Assembly: GCA_963575745.1 (NCBI GenBank)
Contig: CAUYUJ010000303.1
Location: forward strand, 124,001 to 188,000
Source: Prorocentrum cordatum
Taxonomy: Eukaryota
Reading direction: 5' to 3'
Length of the DNA stretch: 64,000 nt
A program made the translations under genes and the position numbers. This document shows positions 48,732 through 59,659 of this stretch, piece by piece; the first letter of the stretch is position 1, and each line of letters opens with the position of its first letter. The notes under the pieces are model-generated. The model saw nothing but the letters and a program-made list of their open reading frames with translations, was not told where the DNA came from and ran no database searches.

Positions 48732-48849
48732 AGAGGTTGTGCTGAGGGGTTGCGCTGCAGGGTTGTGCTGCAGGGTTGCGCTGCAGGGTTGTGCTGGAGG
48801 GTTGTGCTGGAGGGTTGTGCTGGAGGGTCGTGCCGGGGGGTTGCGCAGG

Positions 48850-48939
<90 letters not shown>

Positions 48940-49111
48940 AATATATATAAAACGCATTTCGCATATTTTTTTCAAAAAACATCTTATAATAAAGAAGAAG
49001 AATAATAAGAATGATAATAAGAAGAAGAGAAGACATATAGAAAGAAAGAAAGATAGAGGAGGAGGAGGAAAAGCAAGTTTCAAATCCATCAGATTTTTTT
49101 AGAAGCGCTCT

Positions 49112-49172
<61 letters not shown>

Positions 49173-49380
49173 GAGAAGAAGAAGAAGAAGAGGAGATAAT
49201 GAAAAGCAAGGGAGGAAGGAAAGGATGAGAGGAAAGGAGAAGACAGGAGAGGAGCAAGAGGAGAGAGAGATAGAGAAACAGAGATAGGATAAATACAGGA
49301 AAAACAAAAAGAACATGTTTTCCATGGATAATCAACCCCAGTGATAAACAAGTTCAGGGGGGCGCGGGGGGGAGAGAGAG

Positions 49381-49443
<63 letters not shown>

Positions 49444-49727
49444 AAAAAAAAAAAAAAACGAAAATGAAGAGGAGAAGAAACATTCAAGAGGAGAAGTAGA
49501 GGAGGAGAGGAAGAGGAAACACAAGCATTTCAAGTTCCAAATCTATTAGATTTTTTTACAAAGGCTTTATGAAAATTGTTGTCTTAGTGCTCGCGTAGGA
49601 GCTCATGCGCCCCACTCTCCGTGGATAATCAACCCCAGGGATAAACAAGTTCAGGGGCGCATGGGGAGAGAGAAATATAGAAAGCGAGAAATGAAGAAAA
49701 CAAGGAGAGAGTTGAGGGAAATACATA

Positions 49728-49806
<79 letters not shown>

Positions 49807-51100
49807 AAAAGGAAAATACGAAATGGGGAGGAGAAATAGAAGAGGAGAGGAAGAGGAAAAGCAAAACTTTCAAGATTCAACTATATCAGATTTTATGTAT
49901 ACGCGCTTGCGCAGGTAGCTCATGCGGCTCACTTGCCACGGATAATCAACACCAGGGATGAACAAGTTCAGGGGGGCATGGGGAGAGAGAGAGAGAGAGA
50001 GAGAGAGGAACAAAAAAAGAAATACATAAAGACATACATAAATAAATTACAATATAAATTGAGAAAAAAAACAAAAGAAGGAGAAGAGAAGAGGAAGAAA
50101 CAGAGCAACAATTTCAAGTTCCAAATCTATTAGATTTAATTTACAAGCGCTTTCTGAAACTTTTTTTGAGCGCTCGTGCAGGGTAGCTCATGCGCCTCAC
50201 TTTCCATGGATAATCAACCCCAGGGGTAAACAAGTTCAGGCGGAGAGAGGGGGGGGAGATGGACAGAAACATAGAGAGACAAAGAAACAAAGGAAACATA
50301 AATAAGGAAACATGAAAGACATCAGCAACCAAACAATGAAATATGATGTATTTCGATTGAGATATCCTCAAAGTATGGCTTATGTCGTTGGATGCATTCT
50401 TCAAATGATTGCTTGTTTCGCTTGAGACATCCTCGAGGCAGTCTTGAAACACCTCGAGGCACCCTTGAGACATCCTTGACATAATTGCTTGGTTCGCTTG
50501 ACACATCCTTGAACAGTTGTTTATTTGCTAGAGACATCCTTCAGTATATGATTGGTTCGCTTGGCTTGTTTCGCTTGAGACATCCTCGACAAGCTTGTCG
50601 AATCGCTTGAGGCATCCTCGAGTATATGCTTGTTTCGCTTGAGACATCCTCGACAAGCTTTTCGAATCGCTTGAGACATCCTCGCAAAATTGCTGGTTTC
50701 GCTTGAGACATCCTTGAAACATTGCTCGTTTCGTTTGAGTCTGCCTCCCAAAACTCTTGGATTCGCTTGATACATCCTCACAGACTTGCTGTTTTCGCTT
50801 GAGACATCCTTAAGAAACGTATCGTTTCGCTGGAGGCATCCTTCAGTATATGCTTGTTTCGCTTCAGACATCCTCGAGACAGTCTTGAAACACCTTGAGA
50901 CATCCTTGAGACATCCATGAAACAATTGCTTGGTTCGCTTGACACATCCTTGAACAGTTGTTCATTTGCTAGAGACATCCTTGCACAAATGCTTGTTCTC
51001 TTGGGGCTCTCCTGATTTCATCGAGGGTCGAGCCTCGAGGCTGAGGCTCTCGAGATTTTTCCTCTCGCTAAGCATCGCTGGACTGCTGGCCTCGGCTAAC

Positions 51101-51511
51101 CTAGCGAGGCTGGGGCTCGTCGCCCTGGGGCCCCGCGAGCTCGCCCGAGTTGAACCTCTCGGCCCTCCAAGAGGCATGAAGCTCGGCCTCTTGGGCGGGG
51201 TCGAGGCGGGTCTCGAACTCCGTCTCGCTCCAGAAACTCTCGGGCTTGAGCGTCGTCTCCATATTGACCTCCGTCTCGACCTGGACGACTGCGTCGAGCC
51301 TGCCGGCGCTCGCATTCCACTCGATCTGCGCCCTCGACGGCTTCTTCGAGACTGTCGGCTTGGATTCCCTCGAAACTGCCTGCGCTGGCTTCTTGGCGAC
51401 AATAGGCTTGGACCCCCTCGCGGCCTGCGCTGGCTTCTTGGACGCCGTCGCTTGATTGGCTATGCCGTTTCGGGCTTGCTCGTTCTGGGCGCGTTTCTCG
51501 CTCGCACCCAA
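51101..51511 (-). CDS. Small intronless ORF (Lys/Ala/Pro-rich repeats, then a short globular part); start codon unclear, possibly degraded
   Basis: KKPAQA repeats, protein-like composition, and an SL-like motif directly upstream. Confidence 0.4.
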   Translation of the reverse strand: MGASEKRAQNEQARNGIANQATASKKPAQAARGSKPIVAKKPAQAVSRESKPTVSKKPSRAQIEWNASAGRLDAVVQVETEVNMETTLKPESFWSETEFETRLDPAQEAELHASWRAERFNSGELAGPQGDEPQPR

Positions 51512-52138
51512 AAGTCTTCAGCTCGAGTGAGCTACGGAGAAAGACGCCCTCGAAAGCGCGTTCGCCTTGCTTGAGACATCCTCGAAATACCTTAGCTTCG
51601 CTGGTGACATGCTCGAATAAATATTTGCTTCGCTTGGGACATCCTCGGCAGATCTTTTATTTTGCTGGAGACCCCCTCGAATATATGCTTGTTTCCTTGG
51701 AGACCTCGTCCAACAATTGCTTGAGACATCCTTATACTATTGGCTATTTCGCTTGAGACATCCTGAGGCGATTGTTTATTTCGCTTGAAACATTCTCAAG
51801 ACATGTCTTATTTTGCTTTAAGCACCCTTGAAATGATTATTTGGCCCGCTCGAGACACCCCTGCAAACTTATTGGTTTCGCTTGAGGCAACCTCGAATAC
51901 ATGTCTGCTCGCTGGCGACATCATCGGAAAATGTCTTGCTTCGCTCCTGTTCCTCCTCTTGCTCCTCCTCCTCCCCCTCCTCCTCCCCCTCCTCTCCCTC
52001 CTCCTCCTCCTCCTGCTCCTCCTTCTCCTCCTCCTCCTCCTGCTCCTCCTTCGCTAAAGGCCATTAGGTAATCCTTGGCCCCGTCTCGACGCTCTCTTCG
52101 TTGTTTTCTCGAAGCTTTGTGGGCGTCGGTGTCTAACT

Positions 52139-52803
52139 TCAGCGCCCCTCGAGGTCCCGCTGGCTCTGCTTGTGCCCATGCGACGCGAAGGCTAGCGCCT
52201 CGGCGTCTGAGGCGGGCTCGGTCGTCCCAGTGTCGGGGCTGGAAAAAACAACGTAAGCCTCGGATTCCTCTCCGAGGCGCTTGCTCTCCTCGGGCAAGAG
52301 CTCCTGGCGCTTGACTTCCTCGGGCACGAGCTCCTGGCGATTGCTGTCCTCGTCGTCGGGCACCTCGGGCTCTCGAGAGCTCTCCTCGGGCAGTTGCTCC
52401 TGGCGCTTGCTCTCCTCGGGCGCTAGCTCCTGGGGCCTGCTGTCCTCCTCGTCAAGCTCGGCGGTCTCGCCCCCGGCTTCCTTGGGCATCTCGGACTCTC
52501 GAAATTTCGGACTCTCGGCCTCGGCCTCGAGCTCGTCGCCGCTGTGCTCGACCTCGGCCTCGTGCTGCTGCGTGTTCTCGGTCAGGTGCTGCTGCGTGTT
52601 CTCGGGCGGCCGTGGGGGCCCGAGCTCTTGCCGCAGCCCCTCGAACATGTCTTGGGCGCTCTCAAATGGGAGGCTCTCCTCGGGAAAGATTCTCGCCAAT
52701 CTCTCGGGGGAAGAGCAGCGTTCTCGGGGAAGATGTCTCGCCAACGGCTCTCGTGGCGGTCAGCCGTGGATCTCGGCGATCTCGATCGAGACCGTTGGTT
52801 CAT
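52139..52803 (-). pseudogene. Intronless acidic repeat protein (MNQRSRSRSP...; PEESKRQE repeats) with a frameshift near 52708
   Basis: ATG at 52803 lies about 40 nt downstream of an SL-like motif and joins ORF 52139..52744 by a one-base shift in a G/C run. Confidence 0.55.
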
Positions 52804-53152
52804 TGTCGACTTGGAGCAAGTAGTTATCTTGGAGAGCTCGAAATCTTGAGCCGCCAAATGGCTACGGAGCTTGTTGTTCGGTCTCTTGGGGTTCTCTGGT
52901 GTCCTCTTGGGTTTCTCGGGGTTCTCTTGTTGTCCTTTTCCTAAGTTCGCCTTGCGTTTTCTTGGCGTTTGTACCTCCTTGCATCCTCGACAATTGCTTA
53001 AGACGTTCTCAAATAATTGCTCATTTCGCTTGAAACATCCTCGAATGCATGCTTGTTTCGCTGCAATAATTGCTCGCTTCGCTGGAGAATTCCTTGAACA
53101 GTTGCTTATTTCGTTGGAATCTTCCTGGTCCTCCTCTTCCTCCTCCCCCCCC

Positions 53153-53185
<33 letters not shown>

Positions 53186-53367
53186 TCCCCCCCTCGCACT
53201 CCTGTTCTCCCTTTGGGGGGTGGCGGCACTTGAGGAAATTCTTGTCCTCTTGGGGTTTTCCTGGCTTCCCCGAGGCTCTCGAAATGTTTTCCTTGCGAGA
53301 AGCGTCGCTTTACTAAAATTCCTCGAATGAGACGAGCCTCGGCTATCTCGAGAAGGCTTGGGCGATG

Positions 53368-53793
53368 CTAGGGCGGGCCCTCGAGCGCCCGCGTGCGCTG
53401 GAGCCGCTCGGGCAGCAAGTGTAGAGCAGGCGTGTGGACCGACTCGGGGTCGCCGTCCTCGGGCCCCTCGTCCTCGGGCTCGTCGTCCTCGGGTTCCTCG
53501 TCCTCGGGCTGCGGTGCCGACTTGCGGCGCTTGGCTTTCTGGTAGGCTCGCCTCTCCTCTTCGTCACTGCTGCTCGAGATCTCGCGCGGGTGTCTGCCGC
53601 GCTTCTGGCCCTTGTCGTCCTCGAGCGGCTTCTCGCTGCCGCTTCCCTTGGCGTCCTGAAGCGGTTTCTCTTCCTTCTTGAGGTTCTCGCGCTTCAGGTT
53701 CTTAGGCTTCTCGACCTTATCGGGATTCTCGGCATTGGCACCCTGGGGTAGCTTGGCGCGTGCCTCTTGCTCGATGAAGCTCGGCTGAGACAT
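53368..53793 (-). CDS. Intronless small charged protein (about 141 aa), unknown function
   Basis: ATG at 53793, Lys/Glu-rich with the NLS-like stretch KAKRRK, and an SL-like motif about 60 nt upstream. Confidence 0.5.
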   Translation of the reverse strand: MSQPSFIEQEARAKLPQGANAENPDKVEKPKNLKRENLKKEEKPLQDAKGSGSEKPLEDDKGQKRGRHPREISSSSDEEERRAYQKAKRRKSAPQPEDEEPEDDEPEDEGPEDGDPESVHTPALHLLPERLQRTRALEGPP

Positions 53794-55061
53794 CCTCGAG
53801 GTTCTAGCCGGGGCGCCCTGGCGCGTCGGGGTCGGATGCTCGTAACTTGAAAGCTTGAGCAATGAAGCAACTACGGATAGATTTCTCGTTTCGCTTGAAA
53901 CATTCCAGAACAAACGTGTTCCGCTTGAGACATCTTCTGGTGAAGGAAGAAAGAGAGAGAGAGAGAGAGAGAGAGAAACAAAAAAGAGAAAGAGAAAGAG
54001 AAAGAGAAAGAGAAAGAGAAAGAGAAAGAGAGAGAGAGAGAGATAGAGAGAGAGAGAGGGAGAGAGAGAGAGAGAGAGATAATGAAAATCAAGAGAGGAA
54101 GGAGAGGAGGAGAGGAAAGGGGGAGACCGGAGAGGAGCAAGAGGAGAGAGAGAGAGAGAGAGATAGAGAAACAGAAAGCGAAAAAAGACAGAGAGGAAAT
54201 AATATTAATAATATTAAAAACCTATCAGATTTTCCATGGATAATCAATCCCAGGGATAAACAAGTCCAGGGGGGCACTGGGGGAGAGAGACAGAGAGATA
54301 GAAAGAGAGAGAGAGAAGAAACAATGAAAATGAAGAGGAGAAGAACAGTTCAAGAGGAGAAGTAGAAGAGGAGAGGCAGAGGAAAAGCAACAATTTCAAG
54401 TTCCAAATCTATTAGACTTTATTTACAAGCGCTTTATGAAACTTGTTGTTTTAGTGCTCGTGTAGGAGCTCATGTGCCTCACTTCCCGTGGATAATCAAC
54501 CCCGGGGATAAACAAGTTCAGGGGCGCGTGGGGAGAGAGAAAGATATAAAGAGAGAAATAAAGAAAACAGAGAGAGAGAGTTGGGGGAAATACATGCAAG
54601 ACATATTTAAAAAAAAAAAGACAAGAAGAAATGAGGAGGAGAAGTAGAAGAGGAGAGGAAGAGGAAAAGCAACAATTTCAATATTCAAATTTATCAGATT
54701 TTATTTCTAAGCGCTTTATGAAAATTGATTGTTTTAAGTGCTCGTGAAGGGTAGCTCATGTGCCTCACTTGCCACTGATAATCAACACCAGGGATAAACA
54801 AGTTCAGGGGGCATGGGGAGAGAGAGGAAACAAACAAAGAAATAAAGAATATACAAAGAAATAAATATATATATTAAGAGAAAGAATGATAATATAAGAG
54901 GAATAAACAGAGCAACAATTTCAAGTTCCAAATCTACAAGATTTAATGTGCAAGCGCTTTCTGAAAATTGTTGTTTTGAGTGCTCGTGTAGGGTAGCTGA
55001 TGTGCCTCACTTACCATGGATAATCAACCCCAGGGATAAACAAGTTCAGGGGCGCATGGGG

Positions 55062-55101
<40 letters not shown>

Positions 55102-55503
55102 AACAGACAGATATATAAAAAAAGAAAAGGCGAGAGAAACAGAGGACGAGAGAGAGACCGAGAAGGAAGTAGGAGGCAGGAAAGGAAGAGAAGAGCAAGA
55201 GGCCAAGAAGAAGACAAGCTCGTTTCGCCTGAAGCATCCTTGCAATCTTGCAGGGATTCTCTTGGGATCCTTCTCGGAGATCCTCTTGGCGCCCCCTTGC
55301 GCCCCTCGAAGGTCCACCGAGGCCCGAGGCCCTTGCAGTCTCGAGATGTCAGCTCGAGGCCCACTGGAGCTCGAGAGCGTCGAGGTTCGAGGCGCGCCTC
55401 GACGCTCGTCGCTGTGCGGGGGGGAAGGAGGGAGGGAGGGGGGAAGGGAAAAGCACGGCAGCGACGACGGCAGCGACGCCGGCAGAGACGACGACGGCGA
55501 CGG

Positions 55504-55534
<31 letters not shown>

Positions 55535-55734
55535 CACGACGCCGACGACGACGACAGCGACGACGACGACGCCGCCGTCGTCGCTGCCCCCGTCGTCGCT
55601 GCCGTCGCCGCCGCCGCTTCCATCCTCTCTCTCCCCCTCCCCCCCCCTCTCACCTCTCGCCCTCTCCCTCCCTCCCCCCCTCCCTCCTCGCTCGCTCCCC
55701 CCTCCTTCTCTCCTCTCTCTCTCTCTCTCTCTCT

Positions 55735-55783
<49 letters not shown>

Positions 55784-56089
55784 CCCCTCCCCCCTCCAAC
55801 GTCCTCTAGCAATATCTTGTTTCGCTTGAGACATCCTCAAACAAATCTCGCGTTTCGCTTGAGACATCCTCGAAAATTCCTCGCTTTGCTTGAGACATCC
55901 TCCTTGTTTCGCTTGAGACATCCTCAAACAAATCTCGCGTTTCGCTTGAGACATCCTCGAAAATTCCTCGCTTTGCTTCAGACATCCTCCTTGTTTCGCT
56001 TGAGACATCCTCGGCGAATATCTCGTTTCGCTTGCGATATCCTCGAGCAATTGCTTGCGTCGCTCGAGAGTTCCTCTCCCCCCTCCCCC

Positions 56090-56395
56090 CTCCGTCCTCG
56101 ATCGATCCTCGGATCGAGAGTCCAAGATTCTCGAGCCAGGGATCCGAGATCTTGTGATCTCGGATCAACGATGGCTCGAGGCTCTCGGAGCCTCGATCCG
56201 AAGATCTATCGAGGATCGCGCCTCGAAGAGGAGGGAGACATTGAGACAGAGGGTCGATCCTGGATCGATCCTCCGATCGAGAGTCCAGAGTTCTCGGGCC
56301 AGGGATCCGAGATCTTGTGATCTCGGATCAACGATGGCCCGAGGCTCTCGGAGCCTCGATCCGAAGATCGATCGAGGATCGAGCCTCGATGGAGT
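56090..56395. repeat. GATC/TCGA-saturated ~165-bp tandem duplication
   Basis: Copies start near 56112 and 56276. Confidence 0.85.
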
Positions 56396-56563
56396 CACGC
56401 TCGATTTTACTCTTGAGAGGGGGCTGACGAAGCCTCTCGGAGAACGCCTCTCGAAAAACTCGAGGGAGCTGGGCGCTCATCGCCGCTCGCTCCTTGCAAA
56501 ACTGATCTCGAGGAAGCTGGGCCTTGCTCGCCCATCACTCCTCGACCAGGCCTCTCGTGAGCC

Positions 56564-57556
56564 TCAGGCCTCTCGATCGGGCTTCTCGGGCTCGCGCTTC
56601 TCCTTGGCTTCCTTGCGAATCTCGAAATTATTGGTGAATTTCCTCGAGTAGAACTCCTGGGCGAACGTGGTCTCCTTCTTGTACTTCTCCTTGGCCGCTT
56701 CATCTATGTCGAGCTTGGCGCGCTTGGCCTTGTACGCGTGCTCGTCGACCACGTACTTGCTCGAAGCAGTCTCGGCGATCTGCTCGACCCACCTGACGAC
56801 CGCGTCGGTCATAGTGACTCGATTGTCCTTGGCATCCTTGTCCCACCCGAAGGTGAAGTACTCCTCGGCCTTCTCGGGCAAAATGAGAAGCGGCTTGTAC
56901 TCCTCGGCGCCCTCGCTGCTCGGCAGCACCGGGCGGAACTGCTTGTCGAGCGGGGGAATCCTCTCGAAAAGCGCTTGGAGGTCCTGGGGGATCTCGCCGA
57001 TGGCCTTCTCGAAATTCTTGGTTGTCTCCTCGTCCATGGCTCTCGCCTCGTCCAGGAGCTCCTTGCGGAAGCTTGGACAGTACTTCCACAACTCGTCGCA
57101 GCTTGTGTCTTGGGGGTCGAAGGGGTTGCAATGCGCCTCGCTGCCCTCGATGAGGGTCTTGAAGAAGACGACCGTCAGCATCTCGGCCATTCTCGTGTCC
57201 TTGGCGTGGAAGAGACCCTTGTAGGTCGCCCTCTCGAGGCCGCCTTTCTTGAGAACCGCCTCGAGCATGTGCAGCTTGCTGTTCTTGCCCCAAACGGCGC
57301 TCTCGCCACGCTGGTACGCGCTCGTCATTCTCGCCGCGTCCGTGGCCTCGCCGCTCGAGTGGCACTGGCGCATTTCTGCGCAGCCAGCTTTGTCCGCCAA
57401 CCACTCGAGGGTCTCGTTGTTCTTCTTGCTCTCCTTCAAGAGCTCGGCCAAGAGCTCGTTGGTCTTCTTGGTCTCCTCGATCAACATCTTGAAGCTCGTG
57501 GCGGTGGGAACCTCGGCCTCGGCGGAGGAAGCGGCGGCGCCCTTGATCAGAGTCAT
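56564..57556 (-). CDS. Intronless ~330-aa protein of unknown function (N-terminal coiled-coil-like segment, globular core)
   Basis: Long open frame with strong GC3 codon bias, ATG at 57556, and an SL-like motif about 80 nt upstream. Confidence 0.75.
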   Translation of the reverse strand: MTLIKGAAASSAEAEVPTATSFKMLIEETKKTNELLAELLKESKKNNETLEWLADKAGCAEMRQCHSSGEATDAARMTSAYQRGESAVWGKNSKLHMLEAVLKKGGLERATYKGLFHAKDTRMAEMLTVVFFKTLIEGSEAHCNPFDPQDTSCDELWKYCPSFRKELLDEARAMDEETTKNFEKAIGEIPQDLQALFERIPPLDKQFRPVLPSSEGAEEYKPLLILPEKAEEYFTFGWDKDAKDNRVTMTDAVVRWVEQIAETASSKYVVDEHAYKAKRAKLDIDEAAKEKYKKETTFAQEFYSRKFTNNFEIRKEAKEKREPEKPDREA

Positions 57557-58852
57557 GGGCTCGAAGGCTCGCACGGGCAGGCTGAGGCTCGAGGCTCGAA
57601 GGCTTGGAGCCTGCAGCTCGAAAGGCTCGAATAGCTCGAGCCACAACGGTTGCGGTGCCATCGTCGTCGTCGTCGTCGTTTGCGTGCGGTCGTGCCGCCA
57701 TGTTAATTGGTCTGCGCCACCTCGGCATCGCTCCCAAAATTCTTGGTTTCGCTTGAGACATCCTCACAGAATTGCTGTTTTCGCTTGAGACATCCTTAAG
57801 AAACGTATCGTTTCGCTTGGGTCATCCTTCAGTATATGCTTATTTCGCTTGAGACATCCTCGAGTATATGCTTGTTTCGCTTGAGACATTCTCGACAAGC
57901 TTCTCGAATCGCTTGAGACATCTTCGAGTATAGCTAGTTTCGCTTGAGACCCTCTCGACAAGCTTGTCGAATTGCTTGAGACATCCTCACGGAATTGCTG
58001 GTTTCGCTTGAAACATCATTGAAACATTGCTCGTTTCGTTTGAGTCTGCCTCCCAAAATTCTTGGTTTCGCTTGAGACATCCTCACATAATTGCTGTTTT
58101 CGCTTGAGACATCCTTAAGAAACGTATCGTTTCGCTTGAGACACCCTTCAGTATATGCTTGTTTCGCTTGAGACATCCTCGAGTATATGCTTGTTTCGCT
58201 TGAGACATCCTCGACAAGCTTCTCGAATCGCTTGAGACTTCCTCACAGAATTGCTGGTTTCGCTTGAGACATCCTTGAAACATTGTTCGTTTCGTTTGAG
58301 CCTGCCTCCCAAAATTCTTGGTTTCGCTTGAGACATCCTCACAGAATTGCTGTTTTCGCTTGAGACATCCTTAAGAAACGTATCGTTTCGCTTGAGACAT
58401 CCTTCAGTATATGCTTGTTTCGCTTGAGACATCCTCGAGTATATGCTTGTTTCGCTTGAGACATCCTCGGCAAGCTTCTCGAATCGCTCGAGACATCCTC
58501 GAGTATATGCTTGTTTCGCTTGAGACATCCTCGACGAGCTTCTCGAATCGCTTGAGACGTCCTCACAGAATTACTGGTTTCGCTTGAGACATCCTTGAAA
58601 CATTGCTCGTTTCGTTTGAGCCTGCCTCCCAAAATTCTTGGTTTCGCGTCAGACATCCTGAAAAAGTGTGATCTCTTCGCTTGATGTTGCTATTTCAACA
58701 TAACTTGATCTTGCTATCTCAACATAACGTTCCGAGGTGATAATGAAGTTCGGCTTCAACGCTCGCCGCCCAATTTGAATTTTATATAGGGAGACGATAA
58801 TAAACTCTAATGACTTAAGGGGGGGGGAACTTGATTATCATCGGCATGCGGC

Positions 58853-59635
58853 TACCGACCTCCAGCGTCCGTCAGCTCAGCATTCCGTCCGCCGGTTTTC
58901 AGCATCCCACTCTCCATTTCCACCACCTACCGACCTCCAGCGCCCACCAGCTCAGCATTTCGACCTCCGGCTGTTAGCATCCGGCTCTCCGTTTCCACCT
59001 CCACTTACCGACCTCCAGCTTCCATGATCGCAGCATTCCGACCTCAAGCTTTTAGCATCCGTCTCTCCACATCCAGTTCCACCTATCGACCTCCAGAGCC
59101 CACCAGCTCATCATTCCGACGCTAACCTCTAGCGTCCACCTCTCCACTTCCAGCTCCACCTATCGACCTCCAGCGTCCACCAGCTCAGCACTCCGACTTC
59201 AATCTCCAGCATCCGACTCTACACCTCCGCATTCACCTACTGACTTCCAGCGCCCATCAGCTCAACAGTACGACCTTCCACCTCTTAGCGTACACCTCTC
59301 CACTTCCAGCTCCACCTATCGACCTCCAATATTCACCAGCTCAGCACTCCGACCACCAACCTCGCGCATCCGAATTTCCACTCCCACCTTCATCAATCGA
59401 CCTCCAGCGTCCATCAACCCAACACTACGACCTCCATTCTCTAGCATGCAACTCTCCACTGCCAACTCTGTCTATCGACTTCGGCGTCCATCAACTCAGA
59501 ATTTTAACCTCCAACCTCCAGCATCCGACTCTCGACTTCCACCACCAATCAACCGCCAACGTCCACCAGCACAACATTCAGACCTCCAACCTCTCACATT
59601 TGACTTCCCACTTCCACCCCCAATCGACCTCTAGC
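58853..59635. repeat. ~77-bp C-rich degenerate tandem repeat, about 10 copies
   Basis: TAYCGACCTCCAGC recurs near 58853, 58928, 59006, 59084, 59161, 59238, 59317, 59396, 59473 and 59622. Confidence 0.9.
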
Positions 59636-59659
59636 TGATCCCTTGGGTGTGTCACAGAG

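Larger units (their letters stand above)
43255..55070. repeat. Dispersed and tandem ~270-bp unit (core GGATAATCAACCCCAGGGATAAACAAGTTCAGGGG followed by a GA tract), about 11 copies in clusters at 43255-44100, 49070-50330 and 54220-55100
   Basis: Core visible near 43271, 43543, 43893, 49326, 49623, 49950, 50208, 54238, 54490, 54777 and 55018. Confidence 0.9.
40250..58660. repeat. Co-oriented arrays of a ~32-bp unit with core TTTCGCTTGAGACATCCTC, in blocks at about 40250-41070, 43005-43245, 44100-44480, 47030-47210, 47550-47700, 50350-50985, 51560-51940, 52980-53120, 53880-53940, 55810-56060 and 57735-58660
   Basis: On the order of a hundred copies by eye, all in one orientation. Higher-order periods of 256 and ~320 bp are seen in 57736-58650. 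Confidence 0.95.
40119..58852 (-). mobile_element. Putative giant pogo-like element (or two adjacent related elements) with cargo ORFs; ends tentative
   Basis: The domain is uniformly marked by the 32-bp and ~270-bp repeats and by CTCG enrichment, and it contains a pogo transposase. Candidate degenerate TA-flanked inverted ends match at 16/24 nt. Confidence 0.5.

Noticed and set aside
49728..49805. T-run followed by a long A-run as a retroposon poly(A) tail
   Set aside because: It sits in the purine-rich variable part of the ~270-bp unit; more likely a homopolymer expansion or sequencing artefact.
40250..58660. 32-bp repeat arrays as a CRISPR array
   Set aside because: The linkers are only 12-13 nt and are related and recurrent rather than unique; there are no cas genes and the context is eukaryotic.
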